A stretch of 64,000 nucleotides of DNA from Amoeboaphelidium protococcarum X5 (lineage: Eukaryota; Fungi; Aphelidiomycota): assembly GCA_023515725.1 (NCBI GenBank), contig JALDTO010000213.1, positions 504,280 to 568,279 of the forward strand. The letters are read 5' to 3'. The notes below the pieces were generated by a model. It was not told where the DNA came from. It saw only the letters and a program-made list of their open reading frames with translations, and searched no databases. Every line of letters starts with the position of its first letter. Positions within the stretch are counted from its first letter, which is position 1. Below are positions 28,601-42,446 of this stretch, in pieces. The position numbers and the translations under genes are program-made.

Positions 28601-31022
28601 CCTTCAACATTCTGCTGACCGACACACGCAGTCATCTATGAGATATTAATAAAAGAGCCTTTACTACCAGCCACCACCATCTACTTGACATTGTTGGCAT
28701 CGTTTAGAGATTTTTAAGCACTAGCACCAGCGATATCACGGGCTCTGTTCAACTCTTAATTAACTCTACTCTCAAAAGACTCTTGTATTGTCATACCAGG
28801 AGATGGCTGAAGCACATTACGGTGAGCTTGGGAAATATATTCAGTCACCTTATTCTTTGCATTCGAAATAGTAGAGGCTACTACTTGCATAGTCTGAGCA
28901 TCTGCAATCGTGTCTCCAATTCCAATACTAAAACCATAACTAAACAGCCAATTATTCACAACTGCCTGACATCCATCAAAGAAGTTGCGAGCCTTTTCAG
29001 GTCCATGCTCTTTCCAAATAACGTGGATGAGAGAATTCTAAGATGTACCAACAGTCTTTTTACAAATGATACCGCACACCAGTTCACCGTCGTAGATAAC
29101 GACCTTGGTGTCACCAGGAGAAATGTCACTGGACTCATTATCTGGATGCTGCGAGTGATAACCAATCATGTTAGTACCTGGTGGAATGATGAGACTGAAA
29201 ATCTACTTTCCCGTCCAAAGCGGTACAGGCTTTATAATCGCAGGCTGCGGCAACTGACCATCCCAATCACGGACCCACATACACAGAGACATCACCATCT
29301 CTTTGGTGAGGAAACTATCGCGCTTGGTAAATTTACGCACACCACACAGCGTATCTTGCACGATACCCATAACAGGACGATTGGCCTATGGAGAGACAAT
29401 CTAGCGAGGCACCATACAAATTTCAGACAGCTCAGCCTTAGTCTCATATGACTGGGGAACATGAAGATTCATCTCATCACCATCAAAATCGGCATTATAC
29501 GGACTGGTGACTGAAAGATTCAACCTGAATGTTGAATACGGCATAACACGAACTCTATGACCCATCATACTCATCTTATGCAAAGATGGCTGTCTATTAA
29601 ACAGCACAATATCACCATCTCTAATGTGTCGCTCAACTTTATCACCCACATTCAGTTAGAGTTCAATCGCACCAGCTCTAGACAAATCAATTCTATCACC
29701 ATTCTATCGAATCACATATCTAGCACCGGGATGCTCATTCGGGCCATTATCGACAGCCTCCTGTAATTAATCCAGGTTAAACGGTGTCACAATCTCTGGG
29801 AATGTCAGAGTCTTGGCAATAGTGCGCGGAACTCCAACTTCGTCAAGAGATATATTAGGATCACCAGTGATGACAGTTCTGGCCGAGAAGTCGACTCTCT
29901 TACCCATAAGATTTCCTCTAAGTCGACCTTCTTTACCCTTGAGACGAGCTCGAATCGACTTGATAGGACGACCACTCTTCTAAGTTGCCTAAGGAATGCC
30001 AGATACATCATTATTCATATAGGTGACAACGTGATACTGAAGCAGAGCCTCATACTCGGCGATAATGTGAGCTGGACTGTCATCAACGTGATTCTTCAAG
30101 TTCTAATTGGCCTTAATAATATCAGCCAACTTATAAGTCAAATCATCCTCACCGCGACTGGCTCCATCAACCTGGATAGAAGGCCTCACAGGTGGAGGTG
30201 GCACTGGAAGCACAGAGATCAACATCCAATCTGGACGTGCCCACTCAGGATCAAGACCCAGCCTTCGACAGTCATCGTCAGATATACGCTTGAATATATT
30301 ATAAACTTTATGACCATTAAATATGTCCTTATTCGGCTCAGCGGAATCCTCAAACTGCTACTGCTACTTGAAAGTGGCCACAAACTTCAAGCCCTCCTTC
30401 TTGTACGTTGGCTGCACTGCGCCACATCCGGATCGTTTCTGCGACGATGAAGAAACGTTTTGTGAATCATCGCCCGTCGCCGCTTTCTGCCCGCTCGCCT
30501 CGATCACACTTCCCTCGCACATCTGCTTCCCTTTGCAGAGCTCCCACACGGCCCGGAGACGCTTGGACGGATCCTTGATGAACTGAGTCTGCAGAAATCG
30601 AGGACTGTCCTACACACATATAGATAGATAGATAGATAAAAGTGGATAGCGGTATTAGCGAAAACGGTAAAGGGGAACAGGCTTACAGTGTCCACTTTCA
30701 GCTTGGCACATGAATGACAGACGCACTCTAAAATCTTTTTGATTCTAGCCATAAATCCAATATGGAATACCGCTCTCTGCAATTCAACATGTCCAAAGTG
30801 GCCCACGCAATCGTTCATACTCTCCTGACAGGTCAGGCATTTCAAATTTCTATCAACAGTTCCCATACGAGGATCCAATAATCCACCAAGCTTTGGCCGC
30901 CCATTTTCATAAGTCTCTGGGAAATCGACTCGACAAACAGACCAAGCTTTGATCTCTTCTGGAGATAACAATCCAAACTGGAGTTGCTTCACTCTTCTCT
31001 GAGGAGCAGAAGATTTATCCAT
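25633..31022 (-). CDS. RPB1: RNA polymerase II largest subunit; intron 30610-30686
   Basis: [44 protein letters not shown], heptad CTD. Intron GTAAGC...GCTAAT...TAG. Confidence 0.98.
25702..26268 (-). repeat. RPB1 CTD: about 26 YSPTSPx heptads plus one degenerate (21-nt coding repeat)
   Basis: Counted from the translation; position 7 varies among G, S, A, K and Q. Confidence 0.95.
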
Positions 31023-31552
31023 GGTGTAAATTATGTGGGGTTCCCGAGATGAATGTATGAGAGGATAATTAATAAAAATGGAGAACTAAGCTAAGAAGGA
31101 AAAAAGGAATGAGAATTGAGAGAGAGAGAGAGAGTGGAATGAGTGGCCCGATCGTCTTTCCGATGGATGATGAAAACGGAAAAGTTCTTTCTTTCTCCAA
31201 TCTCTCTCTGCGAATCTTTCTCTGATCTGAGTTTGCAAGAATTTTTCCTCTTTACATGACCAAGTACGCTAAGGTTACTTAAGTCGAACTATGATGGCTT
31301 ATCAGTGTCTCTTTTATGAGCATCTTTAATTTGCTGACGTGAATTTCTGACAGTGTAGAGCTAGTTCTTAAACTGAATTGAGAGATGTCATGCACTTTGC
31401 CTCTTAGCTAATTGTGAAACGATAGAAGCCTCTTTAGCCGACTCTGTGATGGTGATCGTTTTTCGTCGTTTTATCTGTTCTTTGTTTCGCGATTGAGTTC
31501 CAGTTTCAGTTTTAATGTGACTTGTTTTATAACCGACACAGCCAATTCTAAA

Positions 31553-33178
31553 ATGATTTAAAGGTATCTTCATTTCCATTTTCTTCTTATTTTAAATCAC
31601 ATTTAAGACATCTTGCTGTGTAGTCCGATTAAAGTGAGCATTGTTGATGAGAGTATTGAAAGTTTGAATGGTTTGACTATATCTGAACTGCTGGATCTGT
31701 TTCCACTGGCGCCAACACATGACCCGGCAGAGACTGCCTAAAACATGTCTCCTAGTGATACATTGAAAGGACAGTTTTCTAGTCTGCTTAGAGGTGGGAA
31801 TAAGAATTAAAGCACTGCAACTTTGTAGAGGGATACTCGCAAGACTGGGGCCTTGGGTGGCGGAAACTTATCTAATCTGCAGATTAATTCTGCTGGTGGT
31901 AGTTCGATGCTGTCTCCCGTATCAAGGGGTAATCTAGTCAAATCTGTCTCCACTGTTGGATCTGCAGCTTTCGGTGGAAGTGCACTATCAGTTGATACTC
32001 GTTCAGACTCTGTTTAGTAAGAGGATTATCTCAACTATCAACTTCCCTCTGGACTTCCTGATAAGGACTACGTCGATCTTTTGAGACGAGCTCTGAAGAA
32101 TATCATAGCACCTAAAGATTTGGATTAATTGAACAAGTTTTTGGTTGCGCTTCCCCCGTCTAAATGTCTTGGATTTTAGAAGGCAGTTCAAGATTCCTTA
32201 TTGGAAAGGAGTGCATCTTCATCTCCGACTAAAGGACGTTCATCTTTTGCATCATTCACTGACAGTCTGAAAAGTCTACCTGCTGATGTTTAATTAAATA
32301 AATGTAATCTAGATTTTGGACTGAAGGGAAGAGCACTAAAGCTGGGTGCGTAATGCACAGATACCATTACTGTGAGTCTTGTACAAGGCAAGCAGTGTAA
32401 ACTCGCTGTAAAGATGCCGGACACTCACCCTGCAGTCTCTCTGAAAGTGGACTAGTAATCGGTCAAATTGAAGTCCAAAGAAAAGGTGGAATTCAAGTTT
32501 ACAATTGCCGTAAAGCGACCTATTATTGTGAGCGAAGTAATCTAGTTGGACGTTGAGGGAGGAAACAAGTGGTTCATTACTGTGAATATCACCTCTGAAT
32601 GGTCCAATTTCGGCGCATCATTATCGGACTCTAAAATGGAGAAGGTTGAGCATGGCATATTCTCTGATAGAAAGTACACTGTACCTAAAGCTCTCGCACA
32701 GTTGAGAAACTTATTGAAAGATTGTAATGGATTCACCACTGAGGAAATCTTTCGCAAATAGATTGATGAAGAAAAGATGATGGTTGCGCGTAGCCACTTT
32801 GATTAGCATTCGGCATTGAATGATTTGACCGCTGAGAGTGTCTCCAATTTGATCAAGATTTTTGTTCGTGAACTTCCAGAACGTCCCATTGATTTGGCAG
32901 TTGAGCAGGTATTGACTGGTAATACTACATAATTGCGTGATTAGCTCATGCAAGATAAATCGAAAGCTGATAAGTAGGTCTTGTTGTGGATAATCGATTT
33001 AATGTGTGAAGTGCTGAAGTCAAGTGACGCGAATCGGATGAGCAGCAAGAAGCTCGCCATCGTGATGGCTCCCAATCTCTTCCCGCTAAATGCTGGAGTG
33101 ACCAACGCAGAATACTTGCGCAAGTCAGCCGAACTGGTGACTTTTCTCTTTGACGAAAGATTCAAGACTTTAAATTGA
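31553..33178 (+). CDS. RhoGAP protein with a preceding beta-sandwich (ASH-like) region; possible in-frame intron 31564-31623
   Basis: GFTTEEIFRK, VSNLIKIFVRELPE, NRMSSKKLAIVMAPNLF; start codon less certain. Confidence 0.8.
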
Positions 33179-33324
33179 TTCAGTGTGAGGCTTACTGTGT
33201 ATTATTTATTAGTAATTGTTTATCTAGAGCGTGTTTGACAAGTAATAATACCATCTTCTCTTCCATTTTTGAATCGTAGTTGATACATCTCTCTTCTCAA
33301 CAAGAATACGAACGGAAGAATATA

Positions 33325-34321
33325 ATGCTTCTGGATTAGTTGGTTATATCGCCGTCAGGCATAGTGTTAGCCTAAAAACATTATGGGTCTAGGCAAGTTA
33401 TACAGTAGGTAAAATAGAATGATCATACAAGTCTCTAAATTATTTGAGAAAAAATTCTGCTTGTAGCCTCGAATGATGGGATCTTTATTGACTGCTCTTA
33501 TGGAACTGTGTCAGAATGCTACAACTTTACCCGTCACTTATATCGAATTTACTCAAGGTAAATTTCTTTCTAGATAATTTTGTGTCAATATAGAAGACTC
33601 CGTTAATGATCCAAGTTTTTTTGTAGTTGCTATTGCATTAGCAGTGAGCCCTTAGAGTGGAGTGATTTGTGCCACAGTGCACGACGTTCAAGATGGTGAA
33701 ACAATCTCACGGCTATGTGCATAACACGTCATAAATATGTTTGTAAATTAATTTTCAATCGCTGACATTAAATCTGCTGTTAATGTATCTCTGTTCAGTA
33801 CATTTGGCTAAAATATACAAGAAGAACTCGTGTCACAGATTACAACTTCCATTCTAGAACTCGGTAAGTGTTCAAATATGTTCCAGTTTCAAATAACATC
33901 GACAACGGGCGCGTGTAGTTTCAGAAGAAAAGGCGATTAACAGTGTCGCGCTGATTAATAAAGCAGAGGATAGTGTCATTTAATATGGTTCCGTCACAGA
34001 CGAGCTCACCATCAAGGCCAACTTTGATAACATCAACAGGAAATTGCTCGATGCTGGTAATACATTGAGTTTATCTATTTAATTAACCTGGAGCGGTAAC
34101 AAAAATAAATATTCGAATGTGTAGGACAAGCATGCGCGTTGACGAGTCCCATATTTACTGTGGAGACTTCGCTGGGCATTATTCAACTGCGTCAGTTGGA
34201 GAAGGGAAAATCAATAGTGTTCACATTACGTAAGAATACTGACACTGATGTTATATATGAACGCCTAACCAGAGCTGTCTAAATGCTGAAGCAAGCGCAG
34301 CAATTGTTCAAACACTGGTGA
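33325..34321 (+). CDS. Uncharacterised longin-like domain protein; introns 33409-33466, 33558-33626, 33864-33918, 34057-34124
   Basis: Four GT-AG introns give a phase-consistent ORF: VISPSGIVL...QPRMMGSLLTALMEL...LPVTYIEF...GVICATVHDVQDGE. Confidence 0.65.
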
Positions 34322-34441
34322 TCGTAAATAGCTGATGTCTATAAAATCGAATCTAAAGGTTACAATAAATCTCATTATACTAAATTATATAAAAATACAA
34401 TCACACACACAATCAATCACAAATTAAGACTAGTCAATCAA

Positions 34442-35497
34442 TCATTTCTGATCCATTAACAATTAAGAATACTGACCAGCTTCATACTTCTTCACAATAC
34501 CACAAGTACAATCTTTATGCTGATATAGTTTCTGCTTGAGACGGCCGAGTTCATCATTCAGAGATTGTATCGTCTGCCTCAACTGCTCATTCTCAGCCAT
34601 GGCAGCGTCGCATCGCTCCTCCAACTCATTGACCCACTACTTCTTCCGCTATCTGCATTTATACGCAGCCAATCGATTCCGCTCCAGAAATTCAGATCGT
34701 TTAGCTTCATCTGTGATAGCCTTGTTCCTCTTGCGCTTTTTAGTTTTCGGAGTCGCAGATAAAGATTAACTTGCGCGACCATCACCGTCAGCAGACTCAT
34801 TAGAGGATTGGGCGAATTATTCGGAATTCACTGATGAATGGCGAGTGTTATGACGCTAAGCATCCTGACTATAACTGCGTTCAGTATTGGAATCTTACAG
34901 AGATTAAGATCTAGTATTAGGCGCATTATTGTTCATACCTTCTTAAGGTTAGATATTTTATGCAGCAGCAGTGGCATTAGGAGGTGCAGGGTGATTCTGA
35001 GTAGGAATATGCTATTATAGCGATTATCCGGAAGAACCAGTCTCTTACTACTACTGCTACAACTATTGCGGATATTACTGTTAAGATGATTAATGACTAA
35101 TAGCTGCAGACTAATTAGGGGACAGTAATTATTAATTCTACTAGTGTTGTGGGTGGGCCACAGGTCCGCCAGACGACTAAGTGTAATTGAAACTCTACTC
35201 AAAAGGATTCACCTCGGCAGCAGCATATCGAGTGAGCAGTCCCGGTGTGAAATTGTATAGTCCATTCTCCATCATAAATCTACTAGGGGTCGGCATTGAA
35301 TCAACGGATGGATTCATATTCACTTGGTCTACACACATAGATCAGAATCACATCACTTTGAAGATTGTTTATATTATGCAAACGTCATTAAAATTCTTAC
35401 TCTAAAACTATCTATTCCTCGTATTAATGGTAGACTATTATTAAAGTTACTACTCTTAATTTTGCCGAGACTGATTCTATTACTATTAATTTATCAT
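34442..35497 (-). CDS. ATF2/Atf1-family bZIP transcription factor; intron 35329-35400
   Basis: KRSEFLERNRLAAYKCRQRKKQW (both Q are TAG), leucine zipper, HKDC, NPFEQSF; Q-rich first exon. Confidence 0.87.
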
Positions 35498-36183
35498 GCT
35501 GTTGTCTACCTAAGCAACAATTATAGAGAAGATCTCAAAGTGGATTATTACGCCAATCAAAGTAGCAAGCGATTAAGGAGTCGGTCGGTGAGCGTGGGTG
35601 TTGTTACTCTTTGACTTTTTTTAAGGGGCGAGAAGGAAAGAAACCAAATGACGATTTCGATCAGAATTGAAACGAAGGATTTACTATTGAGATTTAATTT
35701 CATTGATAATTTAAATGGTTTCTGGTGCTTTATTAATATTTGATATAAAAATCTGATTCTTAATTGCTGACTTGCTGATAGGCAAAAGTAGTTCAATTGT
35801 CTCCGTAAGTGAGAACCTTGGTAGCTGGTAGATAATCAAAATCAACTCTACCTTCTGTCATCGTACTGTGATAATCATAGCGAGCTTGCTTAATATCAAT
35901 TGAAAGAATACATAACAATCAATTTTTTAACGTAATTCAATGATATGTTCTGACAGCTTACTGTATGGTTCACTAAATTCGTGATTTGCCCAGTGTTTCT
36001 TTCGATGCGCGTTTTTATCATTTTTCACTGGGCGCGTACTTTAACAGAACTTGATCAATCACAACCTTAGCGAACCTTAGCGCGGATTAATCCACAGTTG
36101 AAATCTTTCTTACAGGTCAAATTCAGTATTATCCAATTTGGTGTTACTTGAAGAGAGTATATATAAATTGTTATAAAAGCAAA

Positions 36184-36431
36184 ATGTCACACGAAACAGT
36201 TTGGTTTAGCCGCCCACGTAAATATGGAAAAGGATCTCGCGAATGGTAAGCACATACATTTGGACTGATTTAGAATATGATGATATCTATATTTAATGAT
36301 TTTACTATTATTATTCGTGTAGCCGCATCTGCACTCACCGTGCTGGTCTCATTCGTAAATATGGACTTATGCTGTGCCGTCAGTGCTTCCGCGAGCGCTC
36401 AAATGATATTGGATTTGTGAAGTAGCGTTGA
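36184..36431 (+). CDS. RPS29: 40S ribosomal protein uS14/S29; intron 36246-36322
   Basis: [45 protein letters not shown]. Confidence 0.96.
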
Positions 36432-36619
36432 GTGTGCTGCCTGTTCACTGCTCCCTCTGCCTGCCTGTATGAGTGATTGAAAACTCAAGACACGTAAAAA
36501 AATAAAATTAGTTCTTATTCAATTTATTATCACCACCTTGGATTGCTCACAAAATTAATATAATGATTGCTTACCCTTTGCATGTGGAATACTTCACTAT
36601 TCAGAGCAGCATCGATCAA

Positions 36620-39600
36620 TCATATAGTCTTTGGATTAGCGCGACTGAGAGGAAATCCTGCGCTTAGCCAAGGCTTTGCAGGAGCAGTATACAGCGTCTG
36701 GAGTAACTGCTGCACATCTGCACTTTCTTCCTGATCATCCATACTTTTCACAATCTTGGCCTTGTACAGCTTTGGCAACACATTAAGGGCAATTCCTTTA
36801 TAATCAAAGACTCTTCTGTAGTTTTCACCAAGATGACGCGCCAGTTCTTCATAACGCTTAATCAGAACATCAGCCTTATCGGGCATGTTCAATGTACACA
36901 GAGCGCGCCTAAGGGACTCTACATTTAACCGATCATTGTCCACTTTCTCCATCAACTGTCGGATCTGCATCACCAGGTACTCTTCTTCATAAGCGCCACC
37001 TTCCTTACCGCTCACCTTCTTTCTCTCCTCCTTCTTGCGACTGGTGCACTTGGTCATCCTGGTGATGTTTGAGTGCACAGAAGACTTGGTACTGCGTCTA
37101 CTTGCAGTGTTCCAAGTGCCAGTCATAGTGGTGGCAATATCAGAGAATAAATCAATGTCTCCCACGTCATCAGCTAGTTCATCCATCATTTGCTCGTCCA
37201 TCAGTCTCAGTGTGTCCAGTTTCTGTTGACGAACCACTGATAATCTGGTCAGATGACGATCAAAGTTCAATCTGATCTCACCAAACTCTTCCTACTTTAG
37301 ACGGAAGGCAGATTATACACTGTTCATCACCTGAGTATCCATAATATCGTCCAGTTTATTTTATGCGCACAAAACCATGGCATCAAACCATTTATGCGCT
37401 GCCAAATACTACAGGACTGCACTCTTAGTGTCGGAGCAAAAATCGAGATACACCCTAGCAGCTTCATCGTGTCTATTTCTATCTTTCAATTCCTCGGCTA
37501 AATCATTTCCAATTTCTTATAGCATCTACGCGTCAACTTCAGCCTGTAGCAAATGAACCAACAGCTCTTGCCAGAGCAAGCCATCCTTGCAGCAATCGAC
37601 AAACCCATCAAGATCGCCTGCATTTTTATAAGCATCTGCCGCATCCTGATATTAGCGTTTAGATCGCAGATAATCTCCTTGCAATCCATACACTTATTAC
37701 AAAAGCTATTGAGTATCATCTTATGAAATCAACTACAAAGCCTCAACATATAAACTCTTTTTCTGAATGTATTCTAATAACTCCGAGTGGTGTTCTTCTC
37801 CTGCTGCAACCAAATGTTCCAAAGCTTTTAGATAACGCTTTAGATACAAATCGACTTTATACCATCTATACGGCGTGTCAAGAGCCTGCAATTCCTTTAA
37901 AAACTACAAATACTCTTTAGGATCTTTGTTGGACTATTCAGCCACCAGCACCGTGAGATCAAAATCATAGAGACCCAATGCGCAATCATACAGCTCGTTA
38001 ATGTTCACAAATAACGCCACGTACTTAATAGAGTCTTCAGCCAGTTACAATTGACCATTATGGACCATCTTTTGGATTTCAATAAGAGCACTGTCGATAT
38101 CAGGAGGATTCTGGACTACGAACGATGTGAGAATAACTTGGAAGAAATTCTCTGCATCCAGCTACTCAACCGCTGTTCTAATAAGAGCAGATACTGCATT
38201 AACTTTGTCCTCTGTGGATTGACCTTTTACAGTGATACTTGAACCCTTATCAGATAATGCACCACGATACAAAGTCTGAGTCACATCTTCATTCCTGAGA
38301 TTACTCAAAAATAGATTCAGATGCTCCACACTGTTCACCTGACTGACAAATTGATCGACATTCTCAACAAACTGATCAAAGTTGTAATCACACATTATGT
38401 TCATGTCGATCCTGTGCTTGCGACACTAAACAACAGCTTGTTAATACCTACTATGCAAAAGATCTTCTCTAATCTGAGACAATACAAGAGCACGAGGATA
38501 AACAGTTTCCAAGTTACCTCGTGGTAATTGCAATACAACTTCTATTCCAACAGGATTAATGGAAGCTATCAGTGCACCACGCTCCAAACGCCTAACATTC
38601 TCATCAAACGTTTATTTATCATGTTGACTCTCAGCAGTCCAGGCGCGCAAATCTTACTGCAAACTCACAAATTTCAAGTCATGGCTACTTGTCGTATACA
38701 AAAGATAATCTTTATGCATTGCCATAGAAGTGACGCCTTTCAGTATCTGTTCACCAATATATAACTAATTCTTTGAAGACAAACAAATCCACAATTAATC
38801 ATTGTGATTATTGTTCACAGTGTACGCAGATACAATCTGATCACACGGAAGATCAATTGACGCAGACGAACCATCGGAACTGACAATCAGATAATGCTCT
38901 GACTAAGATGCAGTATTCTAAACTCCCAGTAAAGCCTAACCAGTTCCCTGAAAATTAATCATTCTCACACTTTAAAATGACCATTCCTTGACTGTTTGAA
39001 TACCATCGACGTCACTAATTAAGCGCAATAGGATAACCTTAGTACCTTATGCTTGCTATATCAAGACGCAAAAATGACTCTCACTCAACTAAATAGCATC
39101 ATACACCACACCATCCATTTTAGATAACGAGTACACATTCTAAAGTGCAGGCATAGAACGACCCATAGCACTGTAAACACGCAGTTGATTATCCACTGTC
39201 AAAACTGTAAATTAATTTTCCACTTCAGAATTGCTGAATCTAACAGATTATATCTAAGATTCTAAAGCGATCTAGTGCAGTGACATTGGTGGTGGAACGT
39301 TTGCAAATTTCAACGGCGTGTAGTGCAAAGTAGTTCCATCGACAACCAGGACTGGCATTGGATTCTTAATTGATATATACGCGTTGGTGCAAATCTAGCT
39401 CTAAATCTTGATCATTGAAAGACCGTCACTCACAGAAGAGTACATTGCAGAACCATTCAGCTCACTCAACCACGAGAAAGAGGTAATATCAACATGTTCA
39501 CCAGATAGAATCAACTTTCGCTGCCACTGATAATTCGCACACGTCCACAACTCTACGTAGCCATACTATCCACATTTAGACACTTGACGTATAGCAAGAA

Positions 39601-40576
39601 TAGATGAATCCGGACTCCAACATAGTTCATCAACGTGAAACTCCATTCCGTCTAGAAGCGTAATACCACATAGTCTACCAGGCGCAATCAAACTGAATTC
39701 TCTATGCAGCAGACCGTTACGTTCAAACAGCAAAACGCGTCCATCATCACTAGCCGCAGCAATTTGCGATCCACTAGGCTTCCAATCTATGGCGTGAGTC
39801 AACCTACCAGCATTACGCTCACTCGACGCTTACAGATCTCCATTGCGATTGAAAACGCGAAAAATACGCTTCCTTTACTGATCACTTTTACTATCCTCAT
39901 TATTAACACTACTACTAGTAGCAATTTAGATAATAGAAGAAATTAGGAAAAACTCTCCATCTTGTCTCCAGCTGATAGTAGTCTGTTTACTATCATTTCC
40001 AGCCAGACCATCAAAATTTTGTTACTTTTACTACAGCGCAGCCTACTTGTTTTTAAACTGAGTCTGAGCACTACCCCATCCGACATTAACGAATTAGCCA
40101 CTAGCATCTTGATCACTAAAATCACATAATAATGCATCAGATAGAAGCTCATAATTAGAATTGAATAGCATCATAGATTCAGATAACGTGGTGATTACCA
40201 GATTGTCTTGTGTCGGACTCCACTTGGCACAAGATATGCCATCATCAACCACACCAACCTGCTCAAGACCACAGTCGCCATTTTCATCTTACTGCAGCAG
40301 GACTTGGATTAGTTCACCAGTAGTAAAAGCCAAGAAAATAGCGTCAGAATCCATGATGTACTCCATACAGATTAGAGACGCGTTATCATCTGCCAACTAG
40401 ACACTTGCGATTACACGCCCACCAGATCCGCTAACACCCAGTTGCAGGATATCAATGGATTCGTCACAAGCCACGGCAATATAAAACGACAATTCAGCAT
40501 AAACTGCACATATCACCTATTTACTGTCTGTACTTAAATGCTACAGCTCTTAGATATTCAGATTGTTAAGAGCCAT
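36620..40576 (-). CDS. ELP1: Elongator complex subunit 1 (Elp1/Iki3)
   Basis: WKPSGSQIA, FERNGLLHREF, QLPRGNLETVYPRALVL, HLNLFLSNL, KDPKEYL, KKEERKKVSGKEGGAYEEEYL. Start, internal ORFs and stop share one frame, about 1318 aa. Confidence 0.93.
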
Positions 40577-40702
40577 TTTCTTCAAAATTTTCTCACTCTA
40601 ATCAATTTGCTAAAGAATAAGAGAAGAATTTACACGCGACGCTTTCTGTCTTCATACGAAGAACGTACTGTAGCATAATAGGAGCGAACGAGTAAAGCAG
40701 TG

Positions 40703-41158
40703 ATGGATCAATAATAAAGTGCGTAGAATACAAGAGGTGGTCGCGGAAGAGGCGGATATAGAGGGAGACCATACAACAGAGGCGGCAGAGGAGGGAGTAA
40801 TAGTGGTGGCGGTAGACCATAGGCTCCTGGACACAAAATTGATGCCAGCTCGGCCAAAATCTCTGCCCCCACCGAGAAGAAGAATGCACTGGACTTTAAG
40901 AGGTATTTGGGAAGACGAGTGTTGGTCAAATGTCAGGGTGATATCGATATTGAAGGCGTACTAGTAGGGTTCGATTCTCTGGTTAATATTGCACTGAGCG
41001 AGGCATAGTGGCGGTTATCGGATGATTCTACTCGCGCACTGGGCAGTGTGGTATGTAGAAATGTTCTGCTCGTTCTGCCTCTCGACAACTACCAGCAGAT
41101 TGAGAATCCATTCTTGGAATCAGAAGAAGGAGATCTCTCAGGCGACATGGAGGAATGA
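40703..41158 (+). CDS. LSM7: Sm-like protein Lsm7 with an RGG-rich N-terminus
   Basis: KKNALDFKRYLGRRVLVK...EGVLVGFDSLVNIAL...TRALGSVVCR...QQIENPF. Confidence 0.82.
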
Positions 41159-41467
41159 TAAACTATTATTAGTCACCGTGATAATAAGTATGTACTAAAT
41201 TTTTGCAATATAGTAGTTGTATATGCATAGAAGACTTGATGATTTTGTTAAGCTTTTGATTGATCGCGTGCCTGCCTGACAACAGCAACAACTTTGAACG
41301 CCACCTCATAAATCATGGAAGATCAAACATGTCTAAATTTGTACTTGCTCATATCACACATCATCCTCATCTCTTTCACTTTCTTTTTCACAGAGTTTAG
41401 ATACATCACTAGTTACTCAAATCTTTTAAAGAATAATTACTCAGTGTCTACAACAAGGAAATTGAAA

Positions 41468-41707
41468 ATGTCCAAGCAATTAAAGAGTAGTGGAAACAGA
41501 CCAGTTGATTATGACGGATCAGCACCTAATGTGCCTACCAAGACTTAGGAAAACACTGAGACTCCAGCTTTTGCTCAAGTCAAGTTGCGCTCTGGTAGCA
41601 GACCAGTTGACTACGATGGATCTGCACCTAACATCCAGCCAAAGAACTCTGCTTCTGGTAATGACGCTAAGTAGTATGATGTCAAGCTGAAGAAGGTTGG
41701 GCAGTGA
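41468..41707 (+). CDS. 79-aa internally repeated microprotein
   Basis: RPVDYDGSAPN occurs twice with synonymous codon differences; VKLR and VKLKKV motifs; AAAATG start context; TGA stop. Confidence 0.7.
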
Positions 41708-42446
41708 TTGATAGTGGCTTTTACTGTAGCTGAAGTGTGAACGTTTTGAATTGAAATTTAGGCTTATAATGCAACTTGGCTAATTTTTTAAAGTTAAATA
41801 TTACTTTTCCACCTGTATACATTCTAAACAACAAAAAAATTTAAATCACATTCTCCATTATTCACTCTATAAAGCATATCAGCTCTGTAAATTGATCTGA
41901 AACGACTTTTGACTTTAGAAATATCGGGAAATCAGCAGACTTACCGAAACTGGACTTCAAGTGAAACATTGATAAAGCTGGTATAAATCTCTCAGTGCTT
42001 CATAAGAATTAAGACATTAGACCTTAAAGTCAGTAAATCTATAATAGCTATTAGGAATTATCGCGTCTGAGTATGAGTATGTAACCAGCTGACATGAAGG
42101 CAGACTGTACAAACAACAAACGAATATTCACTCCAGTTTTCAGAAGCAGAAGAACCAGTGTGATTGGAGCAAACGCGAAATGAGCTTTGATTGATGGATG
42201 ACTCGCCCCTATTCCATCACACACGTTGGTCATAATTTTTCATTTTCTCACCACCATCGCTCAAAAGTGAAAAAAAATTTGCTTTAACAATTTATACTTT
42301 GGTCACTTTACCGCTTGAGGATTTTGTTTCTGTTTCTGAGCACACCCGACTGACTGGCATTGTTTTCCTCTACATTTGGATAGTGCCTCACTGATTATTA
42401 ATTGATTAAATATCTGCTGTTTATATTGTGTTAGTGCATGCTTTAA

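Noticed and set aside
31118-31134. (GA)n tract upstream of RPB1; also (AT)n near 3205 and (GATA)n in the RPB1 intron
   Set aside because: Ordinary short microsatellites.
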